The notes under the pieces were generated by a model. It saw only the letters and a program-made list of their open reading frames with translations, made no database searches and was not told the DNA's origin. Shown here one piece after another: positions 1-10,800 of a DNA stretch of 64,000 bases. The DNA comes from a virus, in IMG/VR virus record IMGVR_UViG_3300045988_028354; one strand, 5' to 3'. Within the stretch, counting starts at the first letter, position 1, and each line of letters starts with the position of its first letter. A program made the position numbers and the translations under genes.

Positions 1-694
1 TTACGTTAAGGTTAAGTAAATCAGATTCTTGCTTTTCGGTTAGTCCAATCAATACTGAGATATCTTGAATTGGTACAAGTTCACCCTCTTCAGCAAGCTT
101 CTCAGGTAATATACCATCCTTACAAGTGTACTGATATACTTTTTCAAGTAGACCATGACTCTCATCTGGGTGGTCATAGTAATTACCTATTTCGATAAAT
201 AGGTTTCCTGTTGGTGCTACCCGACCATCTTCCCATTCTTCTAAGTTATTATAATAAGGTCTTACGTATCCTCGAGAAGGTAATGCTTCATACATAATAT
301 TATGAAGTAACCTCATATCGGCTTGAGTATTAGATACCAAGTGAATGTCTAGAGTTATATCTTTCGTTTCATAGGGAAATTCAGATGCTTGGTAATTCCC
401 ACCCTCTAGCTTATCACCAATGATATATTTGTTAACACCTATATCACCATTATAGAACCCTTGCAGTTCAATGGTAATTCTAGGGCATGTCTTTGCACCC
501 TTAACCTGATTATTACCTATACCAAATATGGGAATGAATTTAGGCATAGCATCCTTATCTGCTTGAAACCTTTTTTCATTCTCTTGTGATAATGGTAAGT
601 AGTCTTCAGGGTTAAGAGTTAAACCTTTCTTAAGTGCTGTTTGTAATAGGCAAATATAAAAGGTTCTTTCTACGATTTCTTCTGTATTTACCAT
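1..694 (-). CDS. virion structural protein (tail region), N-terminal fragment; gene runs off the left edge
   Basis: ATG at 694..692 (MVNTEEIVERTFYICLLQTALKKGL...), 2 nt after the stop of 696..1589. Minus frame stays open to position 2. Missing from the ORF track only because it is truncated. Confidence 0.55.
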   Translation of the reverse strand, partial: MVNTEEIVERTFYICLLQTALKKGLTLNPEDYLPLSQENEKRFQADKDAMPKFIPIFGIGNNQVKGAKTCPRITIELQGFYNGDIGVNKYIIGDKLEGGNYQASEFPYETKDITLDIHLVSNTQADMRLLHNIMYEALPSRGYVRPYYNNLEEWEDGRVAPTGNLFIEIGNYYDHPDESHGLLEKVYQYTCKDGILPEKLAEEGELVPIQDISVLIGLTEKQESDLLNLNV

Positions 695-695
695 A

Positions 696-1589
696 TTATA
701 CTAATTGAGGTATTAATATTACATTAAACTGGTATGTACCACCATCAGTAAATATACATTCCCAACCTCCTGAAGTACTACCAAACATAGCTCCTGCATC
801 TTTTCTTCCTCGGGCAGTTGCTGAGAAAGTAGCCTGTGCTGAATTAGCTATATTACCGTAGTCGGTAATCCAATAGTATAGTTTAGTACCTGAGTTAATA
901 TCTGCAGCTTGTTGAGTTTGAGATATAGTAGGTATTTTAAAAGCCATTACCTCTTGTGATACTTGTTTTCCTTCTATGAGTTTACTTCTATACCCAGTAA
1001 TACTAAATCCTGCTGAAGTTTCGTAAGCATTTAAGATTTGGTCTTTTGGTATACCTAAATTAACTGCAGCAGGTTCTACCCAGTATCTATATGATACTTC
1101 TCCAGCAGCTTGAGTTACAGTTACAGTTTTAGTTAGACCACCAACTTGCTTGATAGTTATAGTTCCGCTAAGAAGTTGTTCTGTGTGATTCTTAGAAGTA
1201 ATGGATACCTCTAGAGTCTTTTCTTCATTGTCCATAAATCTTAGTCCAGCAGTAAAGGGTGGTTCCTCTAAGAATTCTGCCGTAACCTCTACATTTTCCC
1301 AATCTCCTTGGGGTGTACCATTAATCATTTCCCTACGTTGAGAAGTGATTGTCAAAGTATCAGAGCCACCCTTACCCAATAGGTTGATGGCTTCCTTATC
1401 TACCTCTAATTTGTATTCGTAGTTAAGGCTGCCTTTCTTTTGAATAAGATTTACAGTCTTAGGTACTCCATTAACTGTAATGGTAAGGATGGCTTTCTTA
1501 TCTGCTTCTGTATCATTCACTTTTAATGGATGTACCATTACAAGTGCAGGACCAGTACCAGATGTTTTATCTGCTTCAAAATCTGCCAT
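696..1589 (-). CDS. virion surface protein with Ig-like/BACON-like repeats
   Basis: 297-aa ORF, ATG checked. Beta-rich modules end ...TLTITSQ and ...TKTVTVTQAAG, the same signature as the repeats of 3832..7872. Lies in the late structural operon. Confidence 0.6.
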   Translation of the reverse strand: MADFEADKTSGTGPALVMVHPLKVNDTEADKKAILTITVNGVPKTVNLIQKKGSLNYEYKLEVDKEAINLLGKGGSDTLTITSQRREMINGTPQGDWENVEVTAEFLEEPPFTAGLRFMDNEEKTLEVSITSKNHTEQLLSGTITIKQVGGLTKTVTVTQAAGEVSYRYWVEPAAVNLGIPKDQILNAYETSAGFSITGYRSKLIEGKQVSQEVMAFKIPTISQTQQAADINSGTKLYYWITDYGNIANSAQATFSATARGRKDAGAMFGSTSGGWECIFTDGGTYQFNVILIPQLV

Positions 1590-2149
1590 TACTTTGTATA
1601 TTTTCTAAGTTCTTTTCTTAATTGATTTCGTATCTCTTTCTCTAAAACTACGTTTCCACCTGCTGCCTCGAAAGCAGGTTTCCATAAAGGACGAGGTGGA
1701 AGATTACCATCTCTACTACCATATTCCAACATGATAGCGATTTGATTAAGTGTTTTTCGAGAAGTTCTACCAGAGTATGTTATCTTCCTTAAACCTGGAG
1801 GAAGACCAACAAAGGTTCTATCTTTCTGAGTTACCATAGTAACTGACCTTGCATATTGACCAGTAAGATTTAATAGGGTATGTGCTCCATACTTCTTAAG
1901 TGTAGCAGTAGCATGAGGAGGCCAAGAAACTTTGGAACCCGGTGGAGGTAGACCATTATTTAAACTACGTCTTACTATACGAAGAAGTTGATTACCAAAC
2001 TTCCTAGTACCTAACTCATAACCGAGTTTCATAATACTGGGAGTTTTAGCAATCAACCTCTCAGCCTGACGTTGTTTAACGGGGTCTACATAAATCTGAA
2101 TATCACATAGATTATTCGAGAGGTTTATGTTAACCTTTTTGCTTGGCAT
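1589..2149 (-). CDS. putative head-tail adaptor (HK97 gp10-like)
   Basis: 186 aa. C-terminal GNLPPRPLWKPAFEAAG resembles the RPF..PA motif of HK97 gp10-family proteins as I remember it. 1-nt overlap with the next gene. Needs a profile search. Confidence 0.4.
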   Translation of the reverse strand: MPSKKVNINLSNNLCDIQIYVDPVKQRQAERLIAKTPSIMKLGYELGTRKFGNQLLRIVRRSLNNGLPPPGSKVSWPPHATATLKKYGAHTLLNLTGQYARSVTMVTQKDRTFVGLPPGLRKITYSGRTSRKTLNQIAIMLEYGSRDGNLPPRPLWKPAFEAAGGNVVLEKEIRNQLRKELRKYTK

Positions 2150-2684
2150 TGCTATTCTTATTTAATCCTAACTCACTGGCAATCTTCATAAGAATATCTT
2201 GTTGCATGGATAACTTCTCTGCTACCTCAGTTTTAAAAGCTTCGAATTCTTCTTGCTTATAAGCCGGAGCTGGTTGTTGTTGAGGAGTTAACATACCTTC
2301 AATGGTATGATAGATGTTATCACATTCAGTAACTATTGCCTCGTATTTATCTCGAGAATTTAGAATATTTACAGCAGTAGTCCTTTGGATATTTACTTCG
2401 TTTACGATATTGCGTAAGTCGGTAGTGTAATAAACATTATTATAAATACCCTCTGCTAAATCTGTGGGAAGGTATATAGTAACAGCAGATACAGAATCTT
2501 GAATAGAGATTTCTGTATTTGCGGCAAAGCTTCCATCTGGGCCAGTGGCTCTTGGTTTACTTTCACCAACTTTTAATACTTTAGCGGTATCAAAGATTGG
2601 ATACCCAGAACGTCTGTCTCTCTCTAAGGTGTATATGGTATCACCTTTCTGCAATTTAGAAAAAATCAAATCTTCCATGTTCAT
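2130..2684 (-). CDS. hypothetical virion protein
   Basis: 184-aa ORF with ATG start, overlapping its neighbours by 4 and 20 nt in the structural operon. Confidence 0.55.
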   Translation of the reverse strand: MNMEDLIFSKLQKGDTIYTLERDRRSGYPIFDTAKVLKVGESKPRATGPDGSFAANTEISIQDSVSAVTIYLPTDLAEGIYNNVYYTTDLRNIVNEVNIQRTTAVNILNSRDKYEAIVTECDNIYHTIEGMLTPQQQPAPAYKQEEFEAFKTEVAEKLSMQQDILMKIASELGLNKNSNAKQKG

Positions 2685-2911
2685 CTTTTATTAATTAAGT
2701 TTAAACCAAATGATACTGCACCTGGATTCCTTTGCATAAAGTCTACCAGGTTTAAGAATTGATAGTATCCAAATTGGTCAATGAGTGACTGTGCTTTGTT
2801 TGCTACTTCCTTTGCTATCTCTGCATTGGGAGCAGGCAATGTAAGTTGAATAGTGAAATCTTTTAGTTGATTTCTATTAGTTGGTTCTTTCTTAATCTCT
2901 TCACTTTCCAT
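2681..2911 (-). CDS. hypothetical small protein
   Basis: 76-aa ORF, ATG checked. First gene after the terminator at 2941..2976. Confidence 0.5.
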   Translation of the reverse strand: MESEEIKKEPTNRNQLKDFTIQLTLPAPNAEIAKEVANKAQSLIDQFGYYQFLNLVDFMQRNPGAVSFGLNLINKR

Positions 2912-2940
2912 ATCGTTTTATTTTTAGGTGGGTATAAACG

Positions 2941-2976
2941 AAAAAAAGGAGTACACCTATGTAAGATGCACTCCTT
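2941..2976 (-). terminator. intrinsic terminator after the Cys-rich protein gene
   Basis: Minus-strand RNA forms AAGGAGU(G)CA / UG(U)ACUCCUU followed by U7 (plus strand a7 at 2941..2947). Confidence 0.65.
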
Positions 2977-3008
2977 CCTTAATTTGGCTTACGTAATGAT
3001 GACGGTCA

Positions 3009-3722
3009 TTACTGAGCCGGGGTTGTGGATGTAGTCTTAAGAGCTGCAACTACTGACTGGATAATGTTCTGGTCTCTCTGAGCATCTACTACTCGGTTGA
3101 GACGGGCAATTTCCTGGTCTTTAGCAGTGTTCTCGATAAGACACTTGATTTCCTGTTGGCCATTCTTGAGGTCACAGCAGCAACGTTCAAGTTGAAGAGC
3201 CAATTCGGACTTCACTTCTTTAATCAAACCTTTAGTTTCGCAGCAACAATTCTGTTGTTCATGTTCCATCTGGCAAAGACGGTCCATAACACGATTAAAG
3301 CCTGCTCCCATTTGGTCACGAGAATCCCGGATATCGGAATTGGTTTTGTATCCCAAATCACAAAGTCCTCTTTCCGTTGTGAAACGATTGTTAAGGATTT
3401 CTCTACCAACACCAGCAACATCTTTTGCAACTCCGCTGATTTCCTGAGTTACTCCTCTAGCAGCATCAGAAATATCTTTATAGATACCTGCCTTTGCTTC
3501 CTGAACAGTAGACTCTACTTTCTGAATGTCAGCTTTAGTGTCATTGATTTTGTCCAATACAGAAACTGCAGCAGCACCAAAACCACCACCTACCAATGCA
3601 CCACCGACTGCACCCCAACCGGAGCCCCAGCCTGAATTGCGTCCATTACAACAGCAACCATCATTACAACCGCGGTCAGCGACGATTACGCCCTCACCAC
3701 CAGATTTAACTTCTACTCCCAT
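3009..3722 (-). CDS. Cys-triplet, glycine-zipper protein of unknown function
   Basis: 237 aa. N-terminal GWGSGWGAVGGALVGGGFGAAAVSVL glycine-zipper-like hydrophobic segment. Three CCC triplets (GCCCNG, NCCCETK, RCCCDLK). Visibly more GC-rich than its neighbours. Own upstream spacer and own terminator. Confidence 0.65.
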   Translation of the reverse strand: MGVEVKSGGEGVIVADRGCNDGCCCNGRNSGWGSGWGAVGGALVGGGFGAAAVSVLDKINDTKADIQKVESTVQEAKAGIYKDISDAARGVTQEISGVAKDVAGVGREILNNRFTTERGLCDLGYKTNSDIRDSRDQMGAGFNRVMDRLCQMEHEQQNCCCETKGLIKEVKSELALQLERCCCDLKNGQQEIKCLIENTAKDQEIARLNRVVDAQRDQNIIQSVVAALKTTSTTPAQ

Positions 3723-3831
3723 AATTTTTAAGTTTTAAGTTGTTAAACATAAATTTGATTTTTAAAGTTATTCGTATATGGCCATATACATTAATAATGC
3801 TATAGTATCGTATTATTACTAATACAGAGAC

Positions 3832-6800
3832 TTACCCGTAGATTACTTCAAAGTAGATAGTCGGATGGTCAGAATTTTTTGGAGTAAGTGTAACTGTTGC
3901 AATTGTAGTTCCATTATTAGAATAAGAACTTCTTAAACTTACTTCTAACCTTATACCTCCACCATAAGCTCCAGCTTCTGAAAGTATTGAAGGAGTTATC
4001 AAAAAATAATTGTTCATACCGGGAGAATATTCAATACCTATTTGATAATCCTGTTGAGAATAACCTACTGACAAACCCTTATTGATTTCTGTGGGACTAC
4101 TACTATCAAAATCCTCAATGGTTCTTGCTTGAAGATTACTTAGTCTAGCTTTCATAGGTTTACCAGTTTGAGGCTTTCCAGTAATCATGCAATTTATTAC
4201 TCCAGTAGCAGGTAAGTTACACCAAACTCCGGTATATCCTCCAGGAGTCATATCCCCTATGGCAGTAGTATCTGAAGAATCTGGGCTATACCATTGGTAA
4301 ATAAGGGGGATTTGATTACTATCACCGTAAGAGTAATAGTTACCCAACTCTGCATGAAACTCTTGTTTAATAGTTACGGGTTTAGTCTGAGTTACGTATA
4401 GGTATAACCTTTTATTTGATGGATTACCCGGTTGAGTAAAGGTCCTGGTAGCCTGCCTATCATAATCTTCCTTATTCTCATCTACCAAATAAGCGTAGTC
4501 ATAATCGTTTTGGGCAGTTTGACCGTTTTCTACTAACCTACCCCAACTTACTGGAGTTGCAGTATCTTCGTCTTCATTAGGTTTTATATACTCTGTATAG
4601 GCAACCTGGGATTGATTGCTAGCAAGTAAGTACTCACATTTAGAAATTATGGTTATAGGAGAAATGCTACCTGCACTAGAATCATGACTTACATTCTTTA
4701 TAGTTACACTTTCAACTTGGTCATACCATTGGAAGGTCCACCTCTTTACAGTTGCTACTGGTTTATGAGTAAGGTACAGATAAGCAGATTTACTTGGGTA
4801 ATCGGCTATCCTATATTGTACTGTACCCTTTAAATCGAATACCGAACCATTGATAGACTTAGGATATGCCCTTACGGTAGTTATAGTTGGGTCATATGAT
4901 AACGGTGTATTTGTAACTGTAAAGGAATCTATACCAACTCCACTAAAAATAACTTCGTATTCTGCAGCTTCCTCAGTATCAGATTCTATACCATTAATTA
5001 CTGGTTTTCTCCAACATTTTAAATCTATAGATTGACCATGACTAGAACCAAACTGAGTATATTCCCAATTCATGGAATATCCCCCTACATCGGGATTACC
5101 ATTAAAACCAATATAATAATTATAGGATACAGTTGCAGCTGATTGGTTGATATCTACTTGGTCAAGATTACTTGTACCTACTTGTCTAATTGTTACAGTA
5201 GCACTTCTAATTGAAGATACTTTATTCTCTAAGCAAGTTACGAATAACTCAGCTTGAGTCTGGTCATTACTGTTTTTGGTAACTTCTAACCAGGATTCTT
5301 CGATTGGGTCAATGGTTACTTCTACAAATTCTTTAGTTGAAGTTTGTGTACCATTGATTACCTTCGTTCTGTAAGAATTAACTACAATAGTATCGGGGTC
5401 TATCATCTTAGCTGGTACATTCAGTACCTTGGATGAAGGCTGAAATATATTAAAGGTATAATTCCAAGTAATACTTGCAGCTTGTTGTTCAACTGTCAAA
5501 GTTATCGAAGTATCACTACTACCAGTTTGAAATATAACGATATCTGCACTTCTTTGACTAATAGTTGTATTCTCATCTACGGTTACTATGAGTGTATTAG
5601 ATTGCTCTTCTACATGAATCCAACTTGGAGAACCCGGTATAGACGTAGTCCAAGTAGTATCTTCACTTTGACTTGTAACAGAACCGTTAACAATCTTATA
5701 CCTTTTACTACTTATGGTAAAAGAGTAAGTACCACTAGGCTTAGCAGGCACTTGTTGATTTAAATCTTGAGTACCGTTATTTACCTTTAGTTCATAAGAC
5801 CAAGCAACACTAGCACCTGCTTGTTTTACACCTAAACTTAGAGTTTTACTACCGTACTCTAAGTTTAAACTACCACTAAGTTGAGATTCAGAAGTATTCT
5901 CTGGCATAGTAGCACTTATACGATATCCCACACCAAGTTCATAAGTTACACTAGTACTACTTACAAAACTAGGTTTAGTTTTTACAGTAGGAGTATCATC
6001 ATGCCAAGTTGTATCTTTACCATTTACCACGTCCCAATAACCAGACCTTACTAAAGCTTTAACAGTTCCTCCAATATTTGGAGCTGTAGGGAAACTCTCC
6101 TTAATAACCAACTCTTCTCTAATGGCCACTGTACCTGCGGCCTGACTACAAGTAATGGTTACGGTTTTGCCTGAACCCACCTGCTCATATACTACAGTAC
6201 CAGTTCTTGCTTGAGTTGTAGTATTCTCTTTCAGGGTAATAGCCACAGCAGCAGTAGCACTTTGTATTTCAGCAGAAGTAGATTTAACTTTGATATTAAC
6301 ACCTTCATGTGAACCTTCTACTAAAGAACCATTAATATATTTTTCACGATAACTACTAATTGTCCCAGATTTGGTTGTACCTAAGGCATCAAAGTTTAAC
6401 GTTGGAGTAGAAGTAGTTAATGTATATCTCCATTCTACTAGATATGCACTTTGAGTTACCGTAACTTCTTTATAGACGGTATCCATAGTTGCCCTTACTA
6501 CTACACTTCTTTGATTTGCAGTTTTATTTTCTGCTACCGTCAAAGTAGTACCAGATAAACTAAATCCGGTTACTGCAGTAGGTATACTAAGTGTAGGAGT
6601 ACCGGTAGCATCGGAAGCTGCATTGGTTGCACCTGAAGACCAATGGTTAGTTCTACTTGCCCTTGCACTTGCAGAGATTTGTGATGTACCACCTTGTTCG
6701 GTAAAGGTACTTGGGTTTGCAGAAATGGAAACTACCCATGTACCTTGACTTGTATTGGTAATCTTATTCTCTGCCTGATATATATCGATTGAGGCACTAC

Positions 6801-7872
6801 CAGATTTACCATTAAGAGTAACGGTTAATGTACGGCTTCCCAACTTAGTTCTTGCCTTTGCAGTTGTACCAAGATTAGAACCTGAGATATTTTCGGACCA
6901 TACTACTGAAGCTCCAGAACTTATAGTACCACCATCATTGGTTTTACCATTCCATCCCCAAAGTTGAGAATAAGTATAAGTAGGTGTAACTGCAGTCCCT
7001 CCTGATGCAGGGATATCTGCAATGCTTCCTAAATATACAGTAGGTGTACCATAAGTTTTTACACCTGCTAATTGAGCAAATGTTACTGTAACTTTTTTAC
7101 CAGATTCATTTTGAGTACTAGTAAATACTTGAGAACGGGAGTTTTCTGATTTATTCTCTAAAGCAGTATAGTGATTCTCGTCATCCATAAATATCCAAGA
7201 GGGTAAGTCAGGAGATGAAAAACCTACATCTACACTAGTACCCACAGGTTTACCATTTATATACCTTTGCTTAAATGAATTATACCCTGCTATTGCGGGA
7301 GTTGCAGAACCTCCTAAAGCTGTATAATTTAGATTTGGATTCTGAACTGAAAAGGTATACTCCCAAGTTTCAACTCCTGCATCCTGAGTAAATTGAACTG
7401 TTATCTGTTTACCTGACTCATTCTGAGTAAAGGTTAAACTTGCAGAACGTTGATTTAGAGTTGTATTTTCTGAAGCTTTATAACCTTCATCATAAACAAT
7501 CCAGTCCGGATAAGCAGATTTGGTATAACCCACAGAAATAGTATCTCCGATAGCTACTCCATCTATCTGTTTTTGTTTAGTAGTACCTAAACCAAACCAC
7601 CGAGGAGTAGGATACCCTCCCAAAGCTGGGAAGTTTAAAACTGGGTTTAATACAGTAAAAGCATATCTATAGGTTACCTTATGAATATCAGAAAGTTGTA
7701 CGGTTTCATTGTTTCCATAGGAACTGGCATTGGATATTTCCAAGCCAACGTAATTTTCTCCCGTTCCTGTAGGAGAGAGTGCCAACAATTCAGCCTTGGT
7801 AGGGCATTCGTTTGAATCCTTACCAAGGCCTACTTTAGTTTTGACAGCACTCCATGTTGCTATCTCACCCAT
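3832..7872 (-). CDS. fibre/receptor-binding protein with about ten BACON-like Ig repeats
   Basis: 1346 aa. Reiterated ~90-aa modules of the form W.Y.F.V...LNF.ALGG....Y...NG...EN.....RSA.....Q..SGK..TVT..Q.AG. Different C-terminal domain. Confidence 0.8.
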   Translation of the reverse strand: MGEIATWSAVKTKVGLGKDSNECPTKAELLALSPTGTGENYVGLEISNASSYGNNETVQLSDIHKVTYRYAFTVLNPVLNFPALGGYPTPRWFGLGTTKQKQIDGVAIGDTISVGYTKSAYPDWIVYDEGYKASENTTLNQRSASLTFTQNESGKQITVQFTQDAGVETWEYTFSVQNPNLNYTALGGSATPAIAGYNSFKQRYINGKPVGTSVDVGFSSPDLPSWIFMDDENHYTALENKSENSRSQVFTSTQNESGKKVTVTFAQLAGVKTYGTPTVYLGSIADIPASGGTAVTPTYTYSQLWGWNGKTNDGGTISSGASVVWSENISGSNLGTTAKARTKLGSRTLTVTLNGKSGSASIDIYQAENKITNTSQGTWVVSISANPSTFTEQGGTSQISASARASRTNHWSSGATNAASDATGTPTLSIPTAVTGFSLSGTTLTVAENKTANQRSVVVRATMDTVYKEVTVTQSAYLVEWRYTLTTSTPTLNFDALGTTKSGTISSYREKYINGSLVEGSHEGVNIKVKSTSAEIQSATAAVAITLKENTTTQARTGTVVYEQVGSGKTVTITCSQAAGTVAIREELVIKESFPTAPNIGGTVKALVRSGYWDVVNGKDTTWHDDTPTVKTKPSFVSSTSVTYELGVGYRISATMPENTSESQLSGSLNLEYGSKTLSLGVKQAGASVAWSYELKVNNGTQDLNQQVPAKPSGTYSFTISSKRYKIVNGSVTSQSEDTTWTTSIPGSPSWIHVEEQSNTLIVTVDENTTISQRSADIVIFQTGSSDTSITLTVEQQAASITWNYTFNIFQPSSKVLNVPAKMIDPDTIVVNSYRTKVINGTQTSTKEFVEVTIDPIEESWLEVTKNSNDQTQAELFVTCLENKVSSIRSATVTIRQVGTSNLDQVDINQSAATVSYNYYIGFNGNPDVGGYSMNWEYTQFGSSHGQSIDLKCWRKPVINGIESDTEEAAEYEVIFSGVGIDSFTVTNTPLSYDPTITTVRAYPKSINGSVFDLKGTVQYRIADYPSKSAYLYLTHKPVATVKRWTFQWYDQVESVTIKNVSHDSSAGSISPITIISKCEYLLASNQSQVAYTEYIKPNEDEDTATPVSWGRLVENGQTAQNDYDYAYLVDENKEDYDRQATRTFTQPGNPSNKRLYLYVTQTKPVTIKQEFHAELGNYYSYGDSNQIPLIYQWYSPDSSDTTAIGDMTPGGYTGVWCNLPATGVINCMITGKPQTGKPMKARLSNLQARTIEDFDSSSPTEINKGLSVGYSQQDYQIGIEYSPGMNNYFLITPSILSEAGAYGGGIRLEVSLRSSYSNNGTTIATVTLTPKNSDHPTIYFEVIYG

Positions 7873-7873
7873 A

Positions 7874-10800
7874 TTAATCTAAGTTTGTGAACAAAAGTTT
7901 TTCTCTTAATTCATCAATCTCGGCTTTCAGAAGTTTAATACCTTCGATTGCCAATACTGACATCTTAGAATAATCTACCTCTTTAACCAGGATATAGGTT
8001 TCTCCATCCTTTTCTACCTTTTCGAAGGCTTCTGGATTAGGAACTGTTTCAGGTTTAACCGTATTCTCAGAAACTAATTCTGGGAAATATTTTTCGATTG
8101 TCTGAGCAATTGTACCTATATCGTGATTACCACGAATCATAAATGAATCCGTAGGTATAGAGCAGATTTCATCGAGAGTATGTTCCAATGGTTTAATGAA
8201 AGTCTTAAGTCTTTCGTCAGATTCTTTCCATAAACCAGAAGGAGCAGATACCTTCTTAAAGATAATCTCAGCAGTAGTACCCAATCCCAACTGGTCTCTT
8301 GTTACTCCATGAGGATTACTCATGTTCTGCATGTGAGTAGTAAGATTGGTTTGAGCATTGGTACCTGCAGCCTTGGCATCTGCAATAGCCGTAGCTTGAG
8401 CAGTAGATACTGGTTTATCTGCATCTGATGTATTGTTAACATTACCCAATCCCACTTGAGCTTTAGTTACTCCATGAGGATTAGATTTATTACCAATATG
8501 GGAATCTACTTTGGCATTCACAGTAGTATCTGCTTGAGCTCTTGTTGCAGCTTCATCTGAAATTAACTTCTCTACTCTTGTAATCTCACCTTTTCTGGCA
8601 TTGACTTCTTTAGTGATATTATTCTGGAGAGTAGTATCTGCACCTCTTAAGTCTTCAGCAACTAATTCAACTGCAGCTTCAAGGTCAGTTCTTACTTGAG
8701 TATCTGCAGCTTTTCTGTCGGATACCTCTTTATTGATAGCAGTAGTGAGTTCTGTTTTAGCAGCAGCTATTGCAGAATTTCTATCTACTACCTCTTGAGC
8801 AATATCATCAGCCAATTCTCCTTGCAAAGCATTAATAGCCTCAGTTCTTGCTGTAACCTCATCTGAGATTTGTTTTGGTAAAGTAGTATCAAGCTTAACC
8901 TTATCTGCAGCAGCCATAACACCAGCTTTAGCAGATGATGCAGTAGGAATTTGTAATCCTTGGATACCAGTACCATCTGCCCTTTCATAATTTATGGCAG
9001 CTTTAGAGGCATCTGTAACAATTGAGATTAATCGTATAGGATTAAAAGCCATAAGAGCATTAAGATTGTCTGTAGTAGTCTTACCCTTAGCTCCATCATA
9101 AGCAGTACCAGTAATCTCTCCAATTACTACTCCACCAGAAACAATCAGAGACCAAGTAGTACCAGTCCATCTGAATTGATAACCGGGTTCTCCCGTAGTT
9201 ACATTCTGATAAATCTTTCCTGCCTCTCCCGTTATTGGTGTATTATGGTCAGCATCTGCAAAGAGAGAGATATTAGAAAGATCTCCAGTGGGAGACTTAT
9301 CGTATGTTGCATATACATCGATTACATCATCTACATATGAGGGTAATTGTTCAGAAGGTACTTTACCATTTTCATCCAGAGAAGCTAATCCACTAGCTTG
9401 TGCCTTAGTTGCAATGAAGGCATCTAGGGCATCCTGAACTCCTTGTATGTCCTCGGTTAATTCAGTTTTCAAGGCAGCATCTGCTTCTGTTCTTGCAGTT
9501 ACCTCATTATCAATTCGAGTACCCAATGCAGTATCAGCAGCAATTCTATCCTGAACTTCTTTATTGATAGCCGTAGTTAACTTGGTGTCTAAGGCAGTAT
9601 CGGCATCTTTTCGATTCTGAACCTCGGTAGCTATTGAAGCTTCTAAAGTGGTCTTTGTAGTTTGGATTAATTCTTTGAGTTCTGTTTCCAGTTCTGAAGT
9701 ATCAGTTCCAAGACCATCAATCAAAGCCTTCAAAGCTTTACCTTGTTCTGCACTTAATGGTACCTTAGTTCCACCTGCAGTTAAGTTATTTACTACATCT
9801 CCTTCGATAAGAATTTTACCAGCTCTTACTGTAGAAATAGACCAAGCACCTTGAGCAGTTCTCTTGAACTCTCTGTAAAACTCCATACCTGCCAATTCAT
9901 ACATGAATCTCAAAGTAATGGCACCAGTAGTAGGACCACTAAGTTGTAAACTCAATCTAAATTGTTGATAGAAATTGTTGCCGGTATCTACCAATATATA
10001 AGGACGGTGTGTAGTGTTATTTGCAATCTCATTAAGCAATTCATCAGTAAATACTGCTGCAATCTCTTCTGAGGTTGCCGAAGCAGATATATTGAATGCT
10101 GCTGCCGGGATAATAATTGGTTCTAATTGAGCATCAAGTTTTTTCAAAGAATCAACTACATCAACTGAACCTCCCATATAATTCGTATCAGTAAGAGCTG
10201 GCATTCCCAAATCATTGGTAAGACCTACTGCAGCTTTTACCTTATTGAATTTAGAATCAGCATCTGCCTTATCTACTTCGATACGTTTTTGTACTTTACC
10301 AAAGGCTGCCGAAGTAGTATCTGTTACCTTTACATCCAAATCTGCAGGAGTAGTACCGGTTGCCTTTACATAGCCATCGAGTTTGATATCAGTACCATTA
10401 AGTATAGGATTAGAATCCAAACGATGAGTATTGATAGTATGAGCATTGGTGGCATCGATATTTTCTTGCAAAGTAGTATCAGCTTCAGTACGGGCAGTCT
10501 CTTCAGCAGTGATATTTTCTTGCAGAGTAGTATCAGCTGCTTCCCTTGCATCTTCTTCGTTATCGATACGAGTACCCAAAGCCGTGTCTGCAGATTCCCT
10601 GTCTGTAACTTCTTTATCAATACGAGCTCCTAAAGCAGTATCAGCTTCTGCTCGGGTAGTTGCCTCTGCAGTGATATTATCCTGCAATGTTTTATCGGCA
10701 GACTTACGTTCTGCAATTTCGGTATCAATACGAACTCCCAGGGCAGTATCAGCAGCAGTTCTTGCAGCTTCTTCTGCATCTAGAGCATCTTGAAGAGCCT

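Noticed and set aside
3156-3738. Plus-strand ORFs 3156..3635 and 3526..3738, and minus-strand ORF 3224..3430, inside the Cys-rich protein gene.
   Set aside because: They are alternative-frame or antisense shadows of a GC-rich coding region. The products are low-complexity (Pro/Ala/Thr runs), and there is no promoter or coupling signal.
3832-7872. Diversity-generating retroelement targeting the fibre C-terminus.
   Set aside because: There is no reverse transcriptase and no template-repeat copy of the fibre 3-prime end anywhere in the window.
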